Shown here one piece after another: positions 49,701 through 58,148 of a DNA stretch of 64,000 nt. Position 1 is the stretch's first letter; each line of letters opens with the position of its first letter. Source of the DNA: Thermoplasmatales archaeon (GTDB lineage Archaea > Thermoplasmatota > Thermoplasmata > Thermoplasmatales > Thermoplasmataceae); NCBI GenBank assembly GCA_027310185.1, contig DAIDBH010000019.1:1-64000 (forward strand). Reading direction: 5' to 3'. The notes below the pieces were generated by a model that saw nothing but the letters and a program-made list of their open reading frames with translations, was not told the origin of the DNA and ran no database searches. Position numbers and translations under genes: made by a program.

Positions 49701-50300
49701 AATCTCTGTTCGCAATGTTTCTGACGCAAGTATTGTCTTATCGATCTCATCGATCTTTTCTTTTGCAGAATTGATCCTCATATTGTAGGCATCTATTCCT
49801 GCTATGGATTCCAGCAATTTTCTTCTTTCATTTCCACTGACATATATAAATTTATTTATGTCTCCCTGCAGGACGAAGCTATAGGAGTCCAGCTGGATTC
49901 CGATATTTTCGAGAAACCTGTCAACCTCACTGTGCTTTGATCTCTTGCCATTTATGAAATAAGTACTGTTTATTTCATTACCACTCTCTTCAATAACTCT
50001 TGATATTTCCACTGTTTCAAAAGATTCATCATCTCTATCTTCGACAAATACTGCCTTGACCTCTGCCTTGGAAATCTTCTTATCCCCATTGCCAGGATTG
50101 TGTATTAAATCATCGAGTTTGTCAGCTCTCACAGTCTTGGATGATCTTGTACCGAGGACAAACAGGAGGGAGTCACCTATATTGCTTTTCCCACTACCAT
50201 TGGGACCAGCTATCATGCTCAATCCTGGCCTGAAATCTATCTTCATGCCCCTATGGCAGAAAGATTTGAAATTTTTAATTTCTAAGCTGTATAGTCTCAA
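46782..50300 (-). CDS. smc: Chromosome partition protein SMC
   Basis: NFKSF, GPNGSGKSN, VLQG, hinge GRVTFIPL and GAISGG, LSGGEKS, FLDEID; GGGGTGA SD before TTG start. Confidence 0.97.
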   Translation of the reverse strand: MRLYSLEIKNFKSFCHRGMKIDFRPGLSMIAGPNGSGKSNIGDSLLFVLGTRSSKTVRADKLDDLIHNPGNGDKKISKAEVKAVFVEDRDDESFETVEISRVIEESGNEINSTYFINGKRSKHSEVDRFLENIGIQLDSYSFVLQGDINKFIYVSGNERRKLLESIAGIDAYNMRINSAKEKIDEIDKTILASETLRTEIEENIAIIEKEAEKLREYRSLNSEIVDLKATALSIQIRGVEIDLSGHQQSMEESEKKMAEIKALLDDLTREHETLTQKRMEIEKGIGERIQKELEGIRKGIESKKLERARAEINASNISMNIDKERGLIETNTGKIEEIDEEIDNLAKSFNELMSREEELKYRETSLRAQINQKIELQRNKTEEYRKATDELTIIEKELKENSNITEKIRREESEESKRFKGIETKLGIKEESLTNEKYRLSETQWQLNQIKKDEGGNRSRNESLSKKYYELQSQIKDRERERTETRSKMDSLGKEVERMRSEMGSQGFANKSISAIMEAKARGAISGIHRSIGELISYDDRYALAVEAAAGGRLNSIVVDNEDVAQECIELLREKKLGRVTFIPLNKILPGRPRGKALTIIQQDRSTSLLSQQIQCQDVYANAIWYTFQDTVVVDTPESAKKYMTGVRIVTLDGDIFEASGAISGGFMNRTRKTFNFSELENREKLLEELRERFNSLDRETRNLRQEYDDVSKQLMDISKSGGEGKGKSDSLESQLKESQKIRESLELEIQTLKIELKNSSASLEKLQNEIAGEESKKASLEKRKNELYMIIGDNKEEGNDLSELQKELEKISNEQNSTMATKSSNQTTMKKISERKSELMMEDDNLIKNINAETIEKDRIEEEIARFGNEIGRLEGEEEKLNENNRKIIQGLKEIERQISDISQKSSRLESEMKNHENAVLTSKIKIQNFNERLSALREELRQNGGHVITDYSSAQRANSEIAVKVAKLQEIGAVNQLAEEDLRRDTERRDNLVEKIDILKREVDSLIKLMAELEEVKTRVLLDLYGKVKVEMREIFKRLTRGGDVDMYLSDESKPLDSELLIKAKPKGTTYTKLQSLSGGEKSLVALSFIVAVQRIKPSPIYFLDEIDMFLDGTNAEAMGELLRENSNTSQIIMISLKNAMSKYANSLFGVTMNKAAGCTEIFSKSFGGE

Positions 50301-50350
50301 AGTTCACCCCGTCAGACAACTGTATGATATTATTACAGAAATATAAATAT

Positions 50351-50890
50351 TTATGCATTGTTAATCACATCTTCCTTAGGTTGATTACTGAGTAGCTCCC
50401 TGGCTGACGATTTTAGATGCAGAAATTCGCCTACAAGAATTCCCAGGGATATAGCCAGGCTTGCATTGACCGCTGTCAGAAGATAAATATTAGTCGTGTT
50501 AAGAACAAATTCAAGAACGATCCTTATCAAATAGAGCATTAGCGTCAGGAAGAGTACCCACGTGGACCTTTTATACATCAGTACTGTTCCTTCCCAGTAA
50601 ACAGTTGATAATGATCCTATCCTGTCGCCCAGTATAAATCCCGGGATTATCATAATTGCTGCTATCAGGTCATAAATGACAAATGAATAGAGGACCGCCA
50701 GAAAGTATATCAGAAGAAGTGCATAAATAACAGGAGTTGTTAAAATTCTACGTAATGTATAAGGTCTGCCATTGATTCCTCTCTTAATCCTTCTGTAAAT
50801 AAGCAGACCGAAAATCGCAATCAACAGTATATAACTATAAATATCACTGCCTGAATTCGAACTCTGATTTGTAAACGTTAATACTAGCAC
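50351..50890 (-). CDS. Membrane protein, CcdC/DUF1453-like
   Basis: Five to six TMs, YRRIKR..GRP, PVIY pattern. Confidence 0.7.
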   Translation of the reverse strand: MLVLTFTNQSSNSGSDIYSYILLIAIFGLLIYRRIKRGINGRPYTLRRILTTPVIYALLLIYFLAVLYSFVIYDLIAAIMIIPGFILGDRIGSLSTVYWEGTVLMYKRSTWVLFLTLMLYLIRIVLEFVLNTTNIYLLTAVNASLAISLGILVGEFLHLKSSARELLSNQPKEDVINNA

Positions 50891-51151
50891 AAAATATAAT
50901 GTATCTAATATATTTAAATCTTTGAGAAAGATATCCGCTGAGCCTGCGATGTGTAAGAATTGTCAAACTTCAGTTTTTCGAAAGAGAGTAAAGTAATCAC
51001 AATCAGGTGATGAGTTCTCCAGAACCGAAGAGAATCAAAGCCATGAGAGAAATAAGGTTTGAATCTCCAGCACTTTCTGTTTGAAGAGCAAGTTAGATGC
51101 TTTCAACAACTGATACTGAAAACATAATAACAAAGATTGAATTTTCCCCTC

Positions 51152-52084
51152 ATGGTATCATCTTTCAAGGTTACATTTCTCGGAAGTGGGGGTTCTTGGC
51201 CATTTCCAGGGAGGTCATTGCCGGCAGTAGTGGTTCAGTTAGATGATTTTGTATGCATGTTTGATTGTGGTGAAGGAACGCAGAAGCAGATAATGAAAAG
51301 TGGAATTTCTTTCATGAAAATAGATAGTATATTTATATCACATTTTCACGGAGATCATTTTCTGGGCATACTTGGTCTGATCCAGAGCATGTCATTTAAT
51401 GGAAGGGAAAAACCGCTAAAAGTTTATGGACCACCCGGGGCTATATCAGTCCTTACAAGAGCATTCAATGTAGGTTATTACACTCTTGGATTTGAAATAC
51501 TCATAAACGAGATACCATTCGAAGGAAAGCTCCAGACTGAATTTTTTACTCTTGAAACAATCAGGGCTGATCATCCCGTACCCGCAGTTTCATACAAACT
51601 TACTGAAACTGATCTGATAAAGATAGATCCTGAAAAAGTAAAGAAACTTGGTATTGAATCAAGCAAAATTGAAAAACTACGTGAACACGGGGAGTTGAAC
51701 ATAAATGGAAGGATAGTTAAGCTTGAGGAAGTTTCAGCAGGAATAAGAAAGGGGAGAGTCCTTGTATATTCGGGAGATACCAGGCCAAATAGTGAAATGG
51801 TAAACTTCGCAAGAGGAGCAGATGTATTAATTCATGAGACAACAACAGATTCGTCGCTGGAACCGAAGGTAAATGAATTCGGACATTCATCATCAAGGCA
51901 GGCCGCAGAAATAGCCAGAGATGCAGAAGTGAAGCGCTTTTATCTATATCATTATAGCCCTCGAATTGATGACCCAGAAATTTTACTTAAGGAGGCAAAA
52001 TCTATTTTCCCAAATTCATTTCTGTCTAAGGAACTCCTATCATTCGATGTGGCAAAGGGAGAGACTATTCCCCAGAATCACTGA
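51152..52084 (+). CDS. rnz: Ribonuclease Z
   Basis: FDCGEGTQ, HFHGDH, exosite region, YSGDT, HETT, GHSS, HYSPR; ATG at 51152 used. Confidence 0.95.
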   Translation: MVSSFKVTFLGSGGSWPFPGRSLPAVVVQLDDFVCMFDCGEGTQKQIMKSGISFMKIDSIFISHFHGDHFLGILGLIQSMSFNGREKPLKVYGPPGAISVLTRAFNVGYYTLGFEILINEIPFEGKLQTEFFTLETIRADHPVPAVSYKLTETDLIKIDPEKVKKLGIESSKIEKLREHGELNINGRIVKLEEVSAGIRKGRVLVYSGDTRPNSEMVNFARGADVLIHETTTDSSLEPKVNEFGHSSSRQAAEIARDAEVKRFYLYHYSPRIDDPEILLKEAKSIFPNSFLSKELLSFDVAKGETIPQNH

Positions 52085-53459
52085 ACGGTTTGCTGCTCTT
52101 CATACTCTGTTTTACCTTACCTGATATTCTAGTTTCAAAAATATAGGTAAGAATAATTGAGATGAAGAATGAAATTACATAGCTAAAATCAACACCGGAA
52201 GTTGCAGAGTAAAATGGTATGTATATACCAAAATAATACTGAATAGTATCCATGAATGGAATGGAGATGCCAATTGAAAGTAGATAGGCTATAATAGGGT
52301 TCCAGTTTATGTTAGCATAAAAGCCTCCTTTCCTCTTAACAAGGAAGAATTCTGCTATCATGACACCAATCCACGGCGTTATCCAGTAATCAAGAACATA
52401 AAGGAATCCCTCAAAATAGGAGGAGAATGTATTATAAAAGATGAATCCCATTGCAACCGTGAGTATTCCTATGGCCAGGATGATATAATTTCTGCCGTTT
52501 TTAAAACCAAGAGACCTTATGGACATAAGATTGGAATAAAGATTAAGTGAGTTTGCAGCAAGACCACCGAGAAAGAGTGTAAGTGATCCGAGTATCCAGA
52601 ATCCACCCAGTAATGGCACAAACAGCCTGTTTGAAAACACTCCACTCAGATTCAAATCAATCCCTACGTAAAAGCCTATAAGTTCAACCAGAAATGACGC
52701 TAGTGCAGTACCCAAAAATGTATAAATGAAGGCTTTTGCTGATGAAAACTGGCCTTTCTGTGTATATCTGGAATAGTCTGCTGCATAAGGGCCCCAAGAC
52801 ATGATGTAAGAAAACGACAGCATAATTATGGAAGCAAATGAAATTATTGAAAAAGTGCCTGTATATGAAGAGATGAACCCTGAAGGACTGGTAATAATTG
52901 AATATGTCAGTATCACAAAAAGTATTCCGAGAACAACGGACATTATCTTCTCGAATGCTTTGATTGACCTGTGACCGAAAATTATTGTCACTGCTATTAC
53001 AGCCATCACAATTATGAGCGATGTAATTTCAAGAAGATTAATGCCCATGAAGCTTGGGTTGTAAGAATCTCTTGAACTGAGAATGAACTGTAGTGCTCTT
53101 GATGATATGATTAGGTTGACTGACAACCATCCAATGGTGTTCATGAACTGGAGCAGGGAAAATATCTTTCCGCCTCCTTTCCCGAATGATTTTTTTGATA
53201 TTTCCATCTGTCCCATGCCACTTGTTGGACCGAGATGGCTCATGAAAGCAACGAGCAATCCTCCAAAAACGTTCGCTATTAAAAGTGCTATAACAGTATA
53301 ATAAACTGTCAGTCCATAGGACTCAACCAGGACTCCAAGTGCAAAATCAGCAACTGTAAGATTTGATCCGAACCAGAGGTAGAAGAGAGCATTTGGTTTC
53401 ATTGTTCTCTGGCCGTTTTCAAGGGTTCCAAGAAGCGTTTCATCGCTATGTTCTGACAT
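52065..53459 (-). CDS. Purine-cytosine permease (NCS1 family)
   Basis: WFGSN, GQMEISKKSFG, SWGPYAADYSRY, NSLNLYS; about 12 TMs. Confidence 0.92.
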   Translation of the reverse strand: MSEHSDETLLGTLENGQRTMKPNALFYLWFGSNLTVADFALGVLVESYGLTVYYTVIALLIANVFGGLLVAFMSHLGPTSGMGQMEISKKSFGKGGGKIFSLLQFMNTIGWLSVNLIISSRALQFILSSRDSYNPSFMGINLLEITSLIIVMAVIAVTIIFGHRSIKAFEKIMSVVLGILFVILTYSIITSPSGFISSYTGTFSIISFASIIMLSFSYIMSWGPYAADYSRYTQKGQFSSAKAFIYTFLGTALASFLVELIGFYVGIDLNLSGVFSNRLFVPLLGGFWILGSLTLFLGGLAANSLNLYSNLMSIRSLGFKNGRNYIILAIGILTVAMGFIFYNTFSSYFEGFLYVLDYWITPWIGVMIAEFFLVKRKGGFYANINWNPIIAYLLSIGISIPFMDTIQYYFGIYIPFYSATSGVDFSYVISFFISIILTYIFETRISGKVKQSMKSSKPFSDSGE

Positions 53460-53571
53460 TCTTATCCCTTATCAATTAGTTAAATTAAATCTATGTGGTA
53501 TTGAAATACGAGACACCCGTTTAAAATATTTGCATAAAATAAAAATATATATTAAGAGTCAATAAGGAAAG

Positions 53572-54075
53572 GTGGATATCCAAAGAAAGATAGAAGCTAT
53601 CCTGTTCGCAGCGGAAGAACCTGTAGGTATAACAGAAATATCCTCAATCCTGCTGGAAGACCAGAATATGATAAAGAAGGAGTTGAGGAAACTGATAAGG
53701 GAATACGCTGGAAGGGAAACCTGTATAACAATAAGCAATGCAGGAAAGAAATACAGGATGGTCCTTAAAAATGAATATTCAGATCTGGTAAAAGGTGTAG
53801 CAAAGCCAGAATTATCTCCTGAACAGATCAGGTTGCTCACCCTAATACTCAACAATGACAGAACCATGAAGGGGGAAGTCAAGGAGAAGTTCAAGATGCA
53901 GGGTGACTTCCTGGTACACTCCCTGAAGAGAGCAGGATTTATTAAATCAGTTAAATATCGTAATACAGAAATTTACGAATTAACCGGTAAATTTTATAAA
54001 TATTTTAATATGGATAAAAAGAAGATACCTGTAAACAGGGAGGATGAAAGGGGGAGTGAGATAAAAGATGAGTGA
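53572..54075 (+). CDS. scpB: Segregation and condensation protein B
   Basis: IEAILFAAEEPV N-terminus, ELS, YELTGKFYKYF; two winged-helix-sized domains. Confidence 0.85.
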   Translation: MDIQRKIEAILFAAEEPVGITEISSILLEDQNMIKKELRKLIREYAGRETCITISNAGKKYRMVLKNEYSDLVKGVAKPELSPEQIRLLTLILNNDRTMKGEVKEKFKMQGDFLVHSLKRAGFIKSVKYRNTEIYELTGKFYKYFNMDKKKIPVNREDERGSEIKDE

Positions 54076-55390
54076 AGTAATTGCAATTGTAGGTGGTGGT
54101 GGAAGGGAAGATGCTCTTGCGAGAAGGTTGTTTCAGGATGGGGCAGAGCTGATCTCCATAATGCCAAATGACAACCCATCAATAAGATCAATAAGCAGTG
54201 AATCGCTAGTAACAAAATCCATGGATACTGATCTAATAGCGAGATTCATAATCGACAAGAAGCCAGATCTCGTATATGTAAGTCCAGACGGTTACCTTGA
54301 AACCAATCTGGTTGACAAACTTGAATACAACAAGATCAAGGTTGCAAGTCCAACGTCAGCATCATTCCAGATCGAGAGTTCAAAAATCTTCATGAGACAG
54401 CTTATGAAGAGGTACGGAATTCCGGGAAACCTTAAATATGAGGTTCTGGACAATGAATATGATATACAGAAAATGCTTTCAAACACGAATCTTGAATTCG
54501 CCATAAAGCCCTCCGGATTAACAGGAGGAAAAGGGGTAAAGATAACTGACCAGCATTTCAACAGCAGGGCCGAAGCCATAGGATACGCCCAGGAGGTTTT
54601 CCGTAGGGATAAGAAGGTGCTTATTGAAGAAGCCGTATATGGGGAGGAATTCTCAATGCAACTGTTTACGGATGGTGTAAACTCAATCTTTGCTCCTGTC
54701 GCACAGGACTATAAGAGATTATACGAGAACGACCTCGGACCAAACACCGGGGGAATGGGTTCAATAACCGATATAGAACTCAAGCTTCCCTTCATGAGAC
54801 CGGGGATATATGAAAGAGCAAAAGATATTTCCAAGAGGTTTATAGAAGCACTTTTCCAGGATGGATTGCTTTTCCGTGGAGTCCTTTATGTTCAATTCAT
54901 GCAAACGAAAGATGATCTGAAGGTAATAGAAGTTAATGGAAGGCTTGCCGATCCGGAAGGGATGAATATAGTCACGCTTATGGAAGGTAATTCAGTTGAT
55001 TTAATGTTCAAGATAGCTGATGCAGATCTCAAGAGCACAAAGATCACCTTCAGGAGGAAAGCTTCTGTATTGAAATATCTTGTCCCGGAAGGTTATGGCA
55101 TAAACCCAAAGCCTGGAACCCTTAATATAAATACCAAAGACCTTCCTGACCATGTACATATCTTCTATTCATCCGTTGAAGGTGAGCTTGAAGAGGTCAA
55201 GATGACAAATTCAAGAGCTATAGCCATAATGACAGAGGCAGATTCCATACCTGAGGCATCGAACATGGTGGAATTGAATCTTTGGAGAATAAGAGGAGGA
55301 TATTACATGAGGCACGATATAGGCACGAAAGAATCAATAAATAAAAAGATAGAAATGGCCAGAACCGGGAATTACAAATTCACTCACTGA
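54068..55390 (+). CDS. purD: Phosphoribosylamine--glycine ligase
   Basis: GGGGRE, IESSK, GLTGGKGV, GEEFS, QDYKR, GPNTGGMG, YMRHDIG. Confidence 0.95.
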   Translation: MSEVIAIVGGGGREDALARRLFQDGAELISIMPNDNPSIRSISSESLVTKSMDTDLIARFIIDKKPDLVYVSPDGYLETNLVDKLEYNKIKVASPTSASFQIESSKIFMRQLMKRYGIPGNLKYEVLDNEYDIQKMLSNTNLEFAIKPSGLTGGKGVKITDQHFNSRAEAIGYAQEVFRRDKKVLIEEAVYGEEFSMQLFTDGVNSIFAPVAQDYKRLYENDLGPNTGGMGSITDIELKLPFMRPGIYERAKDISKRFIEALFQDGLLFRGVLYVQFMQTKDDLKVIEVNGRLADPEGMNIVTLMEGNSVDLMFKIADADLKSTKITFRRKASVLKYLVPEGYGINPKPGTLNINTKDLPDHVHIFYSSVEGELEEVKMTNSRAIAIMTEADSIPEASNMVELNLWRIRGGYYMRHDIGTKESINKKIEMARTGNYKFTH

Positions 55391-56294
55391 GCTTGTCGAT
55401 CCTCCCAATCACCCTGGGTTTTGCATTAGGTTTTATCAGAATATAATCATCCCAGGGAAGTACAGGTTTATCCATTGTAATTTTGCCATTCTCCATAATA
55501 CCACGGGAATAGATGAAGTGACCTGAAACGAATACTTCTCCATCCTTCCGTGCATCTTCTGGAACAGCCCTGTGAAACTTTATATTCCCCCTAATCTCCT
55601 TTAATGGAATTTCTATCTCCTCGGAGAGGGTTGCTCCTCGGTCGATAGATTCTATATCTGCATTTTTCAGGGCTATTCCAACTCTAGATCCAGCTGGGGC
55701 CTCATCAAAATCAACATCGTTCATCTGTATTGATCTAACCTGGACCTGAACTCCGGCAGGATTGAGATAAAGTGTTTGATGCTTCTTCAGTGTCCCAGAT
55801 AGTACGAATCCCAGAATGACTGTACCAACGCTTTTAACCTTGAAGAAGTGATCTATTATAACCTTCACATTACCCGTTGGATCTGGTTTCACAATATTTC
55901 TATCAAGAGTTTCTAGCATGTCCATGGCATTACCATCGTACATCCTGTAATTTTCAAGATTTGAACCTTTTATGATACTCTTTAATTTTCCAGTATCTGT
56001 GAACGAATCAGTAATGAATAAGCCATTTTTCTTGTTCATAAGGTCAGCACATATAATATTCTCCCCAAGGAACCCATCGAATTTCCTCCCATTTATAAGG
56101 CAGTAGTCCGAGAGTGTCATGCTGTCTGTCAGTGAAGAAATCTTATCTGGATACCTCAACGGAGAAAACAGTGTTATGTTTCCTTTCTCATCTTTTCTTC
56201 CATAAATCGTTATATCACTTTCCGTGTGCTTCTTCACTATACTCTTGATAAAATCTTCAAGATCATATGCAAACAGTTTCAAATCACTCATCAT
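55380..56294 (-). CDS. SelB-like (EF-Tu domain II-containing) translation-factor homologue with degenerate G domain
   Basis: IDHFFKVKSVGTVILG, VRSIQMND, GSRVGIALK, DRG; ESDITIY and YPDKI N-terminal motifs; no GxxxxGK. Confidence 0.82.
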   Translation of the reverse strand: MMSDLKLFAYDLEDFIKSIVKKHTESDITIYGRKDEKGNITLFSPLRYPDKISSLTDSMTLSDYCLINGRKFDGFLGENIICADLMNKKNGLFITDSFTDTGKLKSIIKGSNLENYRMYDGNAMDMLETLDRNIVKPDPTGNVKVIIDHFFKVKSVGTVILGFVLSGTLKKHQTLYLNPAGVQVQVRSIQMNDVDFDEAPAGSRVGIALKNADIESIDRGATLSEEIEIPLKEIRGNIKFHRAVPEDARKDGEVFVSGHFIYSRGIMENGKITMDKPVLPWDDYILIKPNAKPRVIGRIDKLSE

Positions 56295-57165
56295 TCATCA
56301 TCTCCGTACACTCCCTTATTGTTTCCACCATAAGGCTTGAATTATTTGGAAGTTCAGCCCTCCTGTATCCCATACCCTTATCTAAAACCTTTTTCCCGAA
56401 CAGAAAGTCAAGATCATACAGCACTTCCAGGTGATCGTAAATAAAGCCTATGGGTACTGTAACGATATTATTATACCTGCCTTGCTCAATACCTTCAAGT
56501 ACCTGATAAACACTTGGTTCCAGCCATGTTTTTCCGTATGATCCCCTGCTCTGAAATGCAAAATTAAACTCCTTTATTCCAAGGCTCCCTGCAATCTGCC
56601 CGGACCAGTTCTTGAATATATTGTAATATTCGGTTTCCTGCTCTATGGTGTGTGGTAGACTGTGGGCGCTGAAAAGGAGGAAATCCCCATCTCTATAAGT
56701 CTTCTTCACAGACTCAACCCAGTATTGAGTAAGACTGGGCGCATCTGTCATGCCACTTACCAGGCGTACCTGAGGATTATAATCTAATTTTTTAAGTACC
56801 CTATGGAATGGGTCTATGTAGCTTCCCTGGATACTCGTGTTCCTGATGGGAAAAAGTGGAAGTAGGTTTATCCGTTCGTAACCCCTATCTCTGAGTTGAA
56901 TGACGATCTCCTCGATTGAAGGCTTCCAGTGCTTGAAAGCCATATAAACGTCCATTTCACTTATTGAATTCCTAACCTGTTCCGTGAGCTTTCTGAGGAT
57001 TTCACTGGACGGAGACTTGAATCCAAATCTCGAATACTTGTTTTCTGTCTCATCTATGGCAAATTTTGGTGGTTCCCTACCCCCATATACATCTCTCAGG
57101 TAATCCATTATATCTTCTTTTCTTTCCGGGCTTCCGTAAGCCATCATAAGTAAGGCATTTTTCAT
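56284..57165 (-). CDS. hemH: Ferrochelatase
   Basis: LMMAYGSP, KHWKP, FSAHSLP, FQS, WLEP, PIGFIYDHLEVLYDLD. Confidence 0.93.
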   Translation of the reverse strand: MKNALLMMAYGSPERKEDIMDYLRDVYGGREPPKFAIDETENKYSRFGFKSPSSEILRKLTEQVRNSISEMDVYMAFKHWKPSIEEIVIQLRDRGYERINLLPLFPIRNTSIQGSYIDPFHRVLKKLDYNPQVRLVSGMTDAPSLTQYWVESVKKTYRDGDFLLFSAHSLPHTIEQETEYYNIFKNWSGQIAGSLGIKEFNFAFQSRGSYGKTWLEPSVYQVLEGIEQGRYNNIVTVPIGFIYDHLEVLYDLDFLFGKKVLDKGMGYRRAELPNNSSLMVETIRECTEMMNDE

Positions 57166-58148
57166 CCTATCACTTCGTGTATTTTCCTAACAAGTGTTCG
57201 TGCATTCTCAGGGTCTGTATCAGGTAGTATCCCGTGACCCAGATTAAATATGAACCTGTTAAAATCTCTCATTTCCTTCACAATTTTAATGCTTTTGTCA
57301 ATAGTTTTGTCCAGAGATGATGAAAGAACAGCCGGATCAAGATTTCCCTGCAATCCTATATTTCCAAAATTTTCAGCAATCTCCTTTAATGAACATCTCC
57401 AGTCCAGACTGAGAAAATCAGCGTTCCCTTTTTTCAATGATTCCATCATTCCTGAAGTACCTGTTGAAAAATATATGGATTTTGCTCCATTATTCTTGAT
57501 TTCTTTCGTTATCTTGCTTACCGTTGTGTTAATAATAAGTTCAACATAATCTGGGTCCAGAAAACCTAGCCAGCTATCAAAGATCTGTATAACCCTGGCA
57601 CCTGCGGCCACCTGGGATTGAGCATCCTTCACGATTATGTCTGTGATTCCATTGAGTAAATCCCTCATTTCATTCTCATCCTTTAAAAGTTTTGTCTTCG
57701 TTTTCTTCAGGTCCCTGTCAGGTCCCCCTGATATTATATATGAAGCAATGGTCAAGGGTCCACCGACAAATCCAATTATTGGAATTGTACTGTAGTTCCG
57801 GACAAAGTTTTTTACGGCCCTTCCGGAATATGAAATAAATTCATTTGAGATACTAGAGGATTTCTCAGGCACTGGACCAACATTTTCTATATATTTTATC
57901 CTGTAACCCATGTTTTCCAGTGGTGTCATTATGTCAGAAAATATTATTGCAGCATCAGTACCAAGAAACGAAGCTGCTTCATAGGCTATTGTGGATGATA
58001 CATCAGGAAGATGGCAGATCTCCTCCATCGTATATTTTTTTCTTAACTGGCGATAGGATTCCATATATCTTCCTGCCTGCCTCATGAACCAGACCGGGGT
58101 AAGATCATGTTCCTTACCTTCCAGGGTAGAATAAAACGTATTAACCAT
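57162..58148 (-). CDS. hemE: Uroporphyrinogen decarboxylase
   Basis: PVWFMRQAGRY, AAIIFSDI, QIFDSW, LQGNLDP, FNLGHGI. Confidence 0.96.
   Translation of the reverse strand: MVNTFYSTLEGKEHDLTPVWFMRQAGRYMESYRQLRKKYTMEEICHLPDVSSTIAYEAASFLGTDAAIIFSDIMTPLENMGYRIKYIENVGPVPEKSSSISNEFISYSGRAVKNFVRNYSTIPIIGFVGGPLTIASYIISGGPDRDLKKTKTKLLKDENEMRDLLNGITDIIVKDAQSQVAAGARVIQIFDSWLGFLDPDYVELIINTTVSKITKEIKNNGAKSIYFSTGTSGMMESLKKGNADFLSLDWRCSLKEIAENFGNIGLQGNLDPAVLSSSLDKTIDKSIKIVKEMRDFNRFIFNLGHGILPDTDPENARTLVRKIHEVIG

Noticed and set aside
46008-50300. Wadjet/MksBEFG defence system
   Set aside because: SMC has a canonical hinge and ScpA/ScpB partners; no TOPRIM JetD-like gene
46993-50346. Many plus-strand Ser/Leu/Phe-rich ORFs opposite smc, and similar antisense ORFs across the window
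   Set aside because: Shadow frames of Glu/Lys-rich real genes; no motifs or ribosome-binding sites
51007-51063. Possible C/D-box sRNA (GTGATGA ... CCGA) or 24-aa ORF upstream of rnz
   Set aside because: No canonical CTGA D box at a suitable distance or terminal stem; the SD-like site overlaps the ATG
55380-56294. Evidence of selenocysteine machinery
   Set aside because: Degenerate G domain, no SelB C-terminal extension, no selD or tRNA-Sec seen
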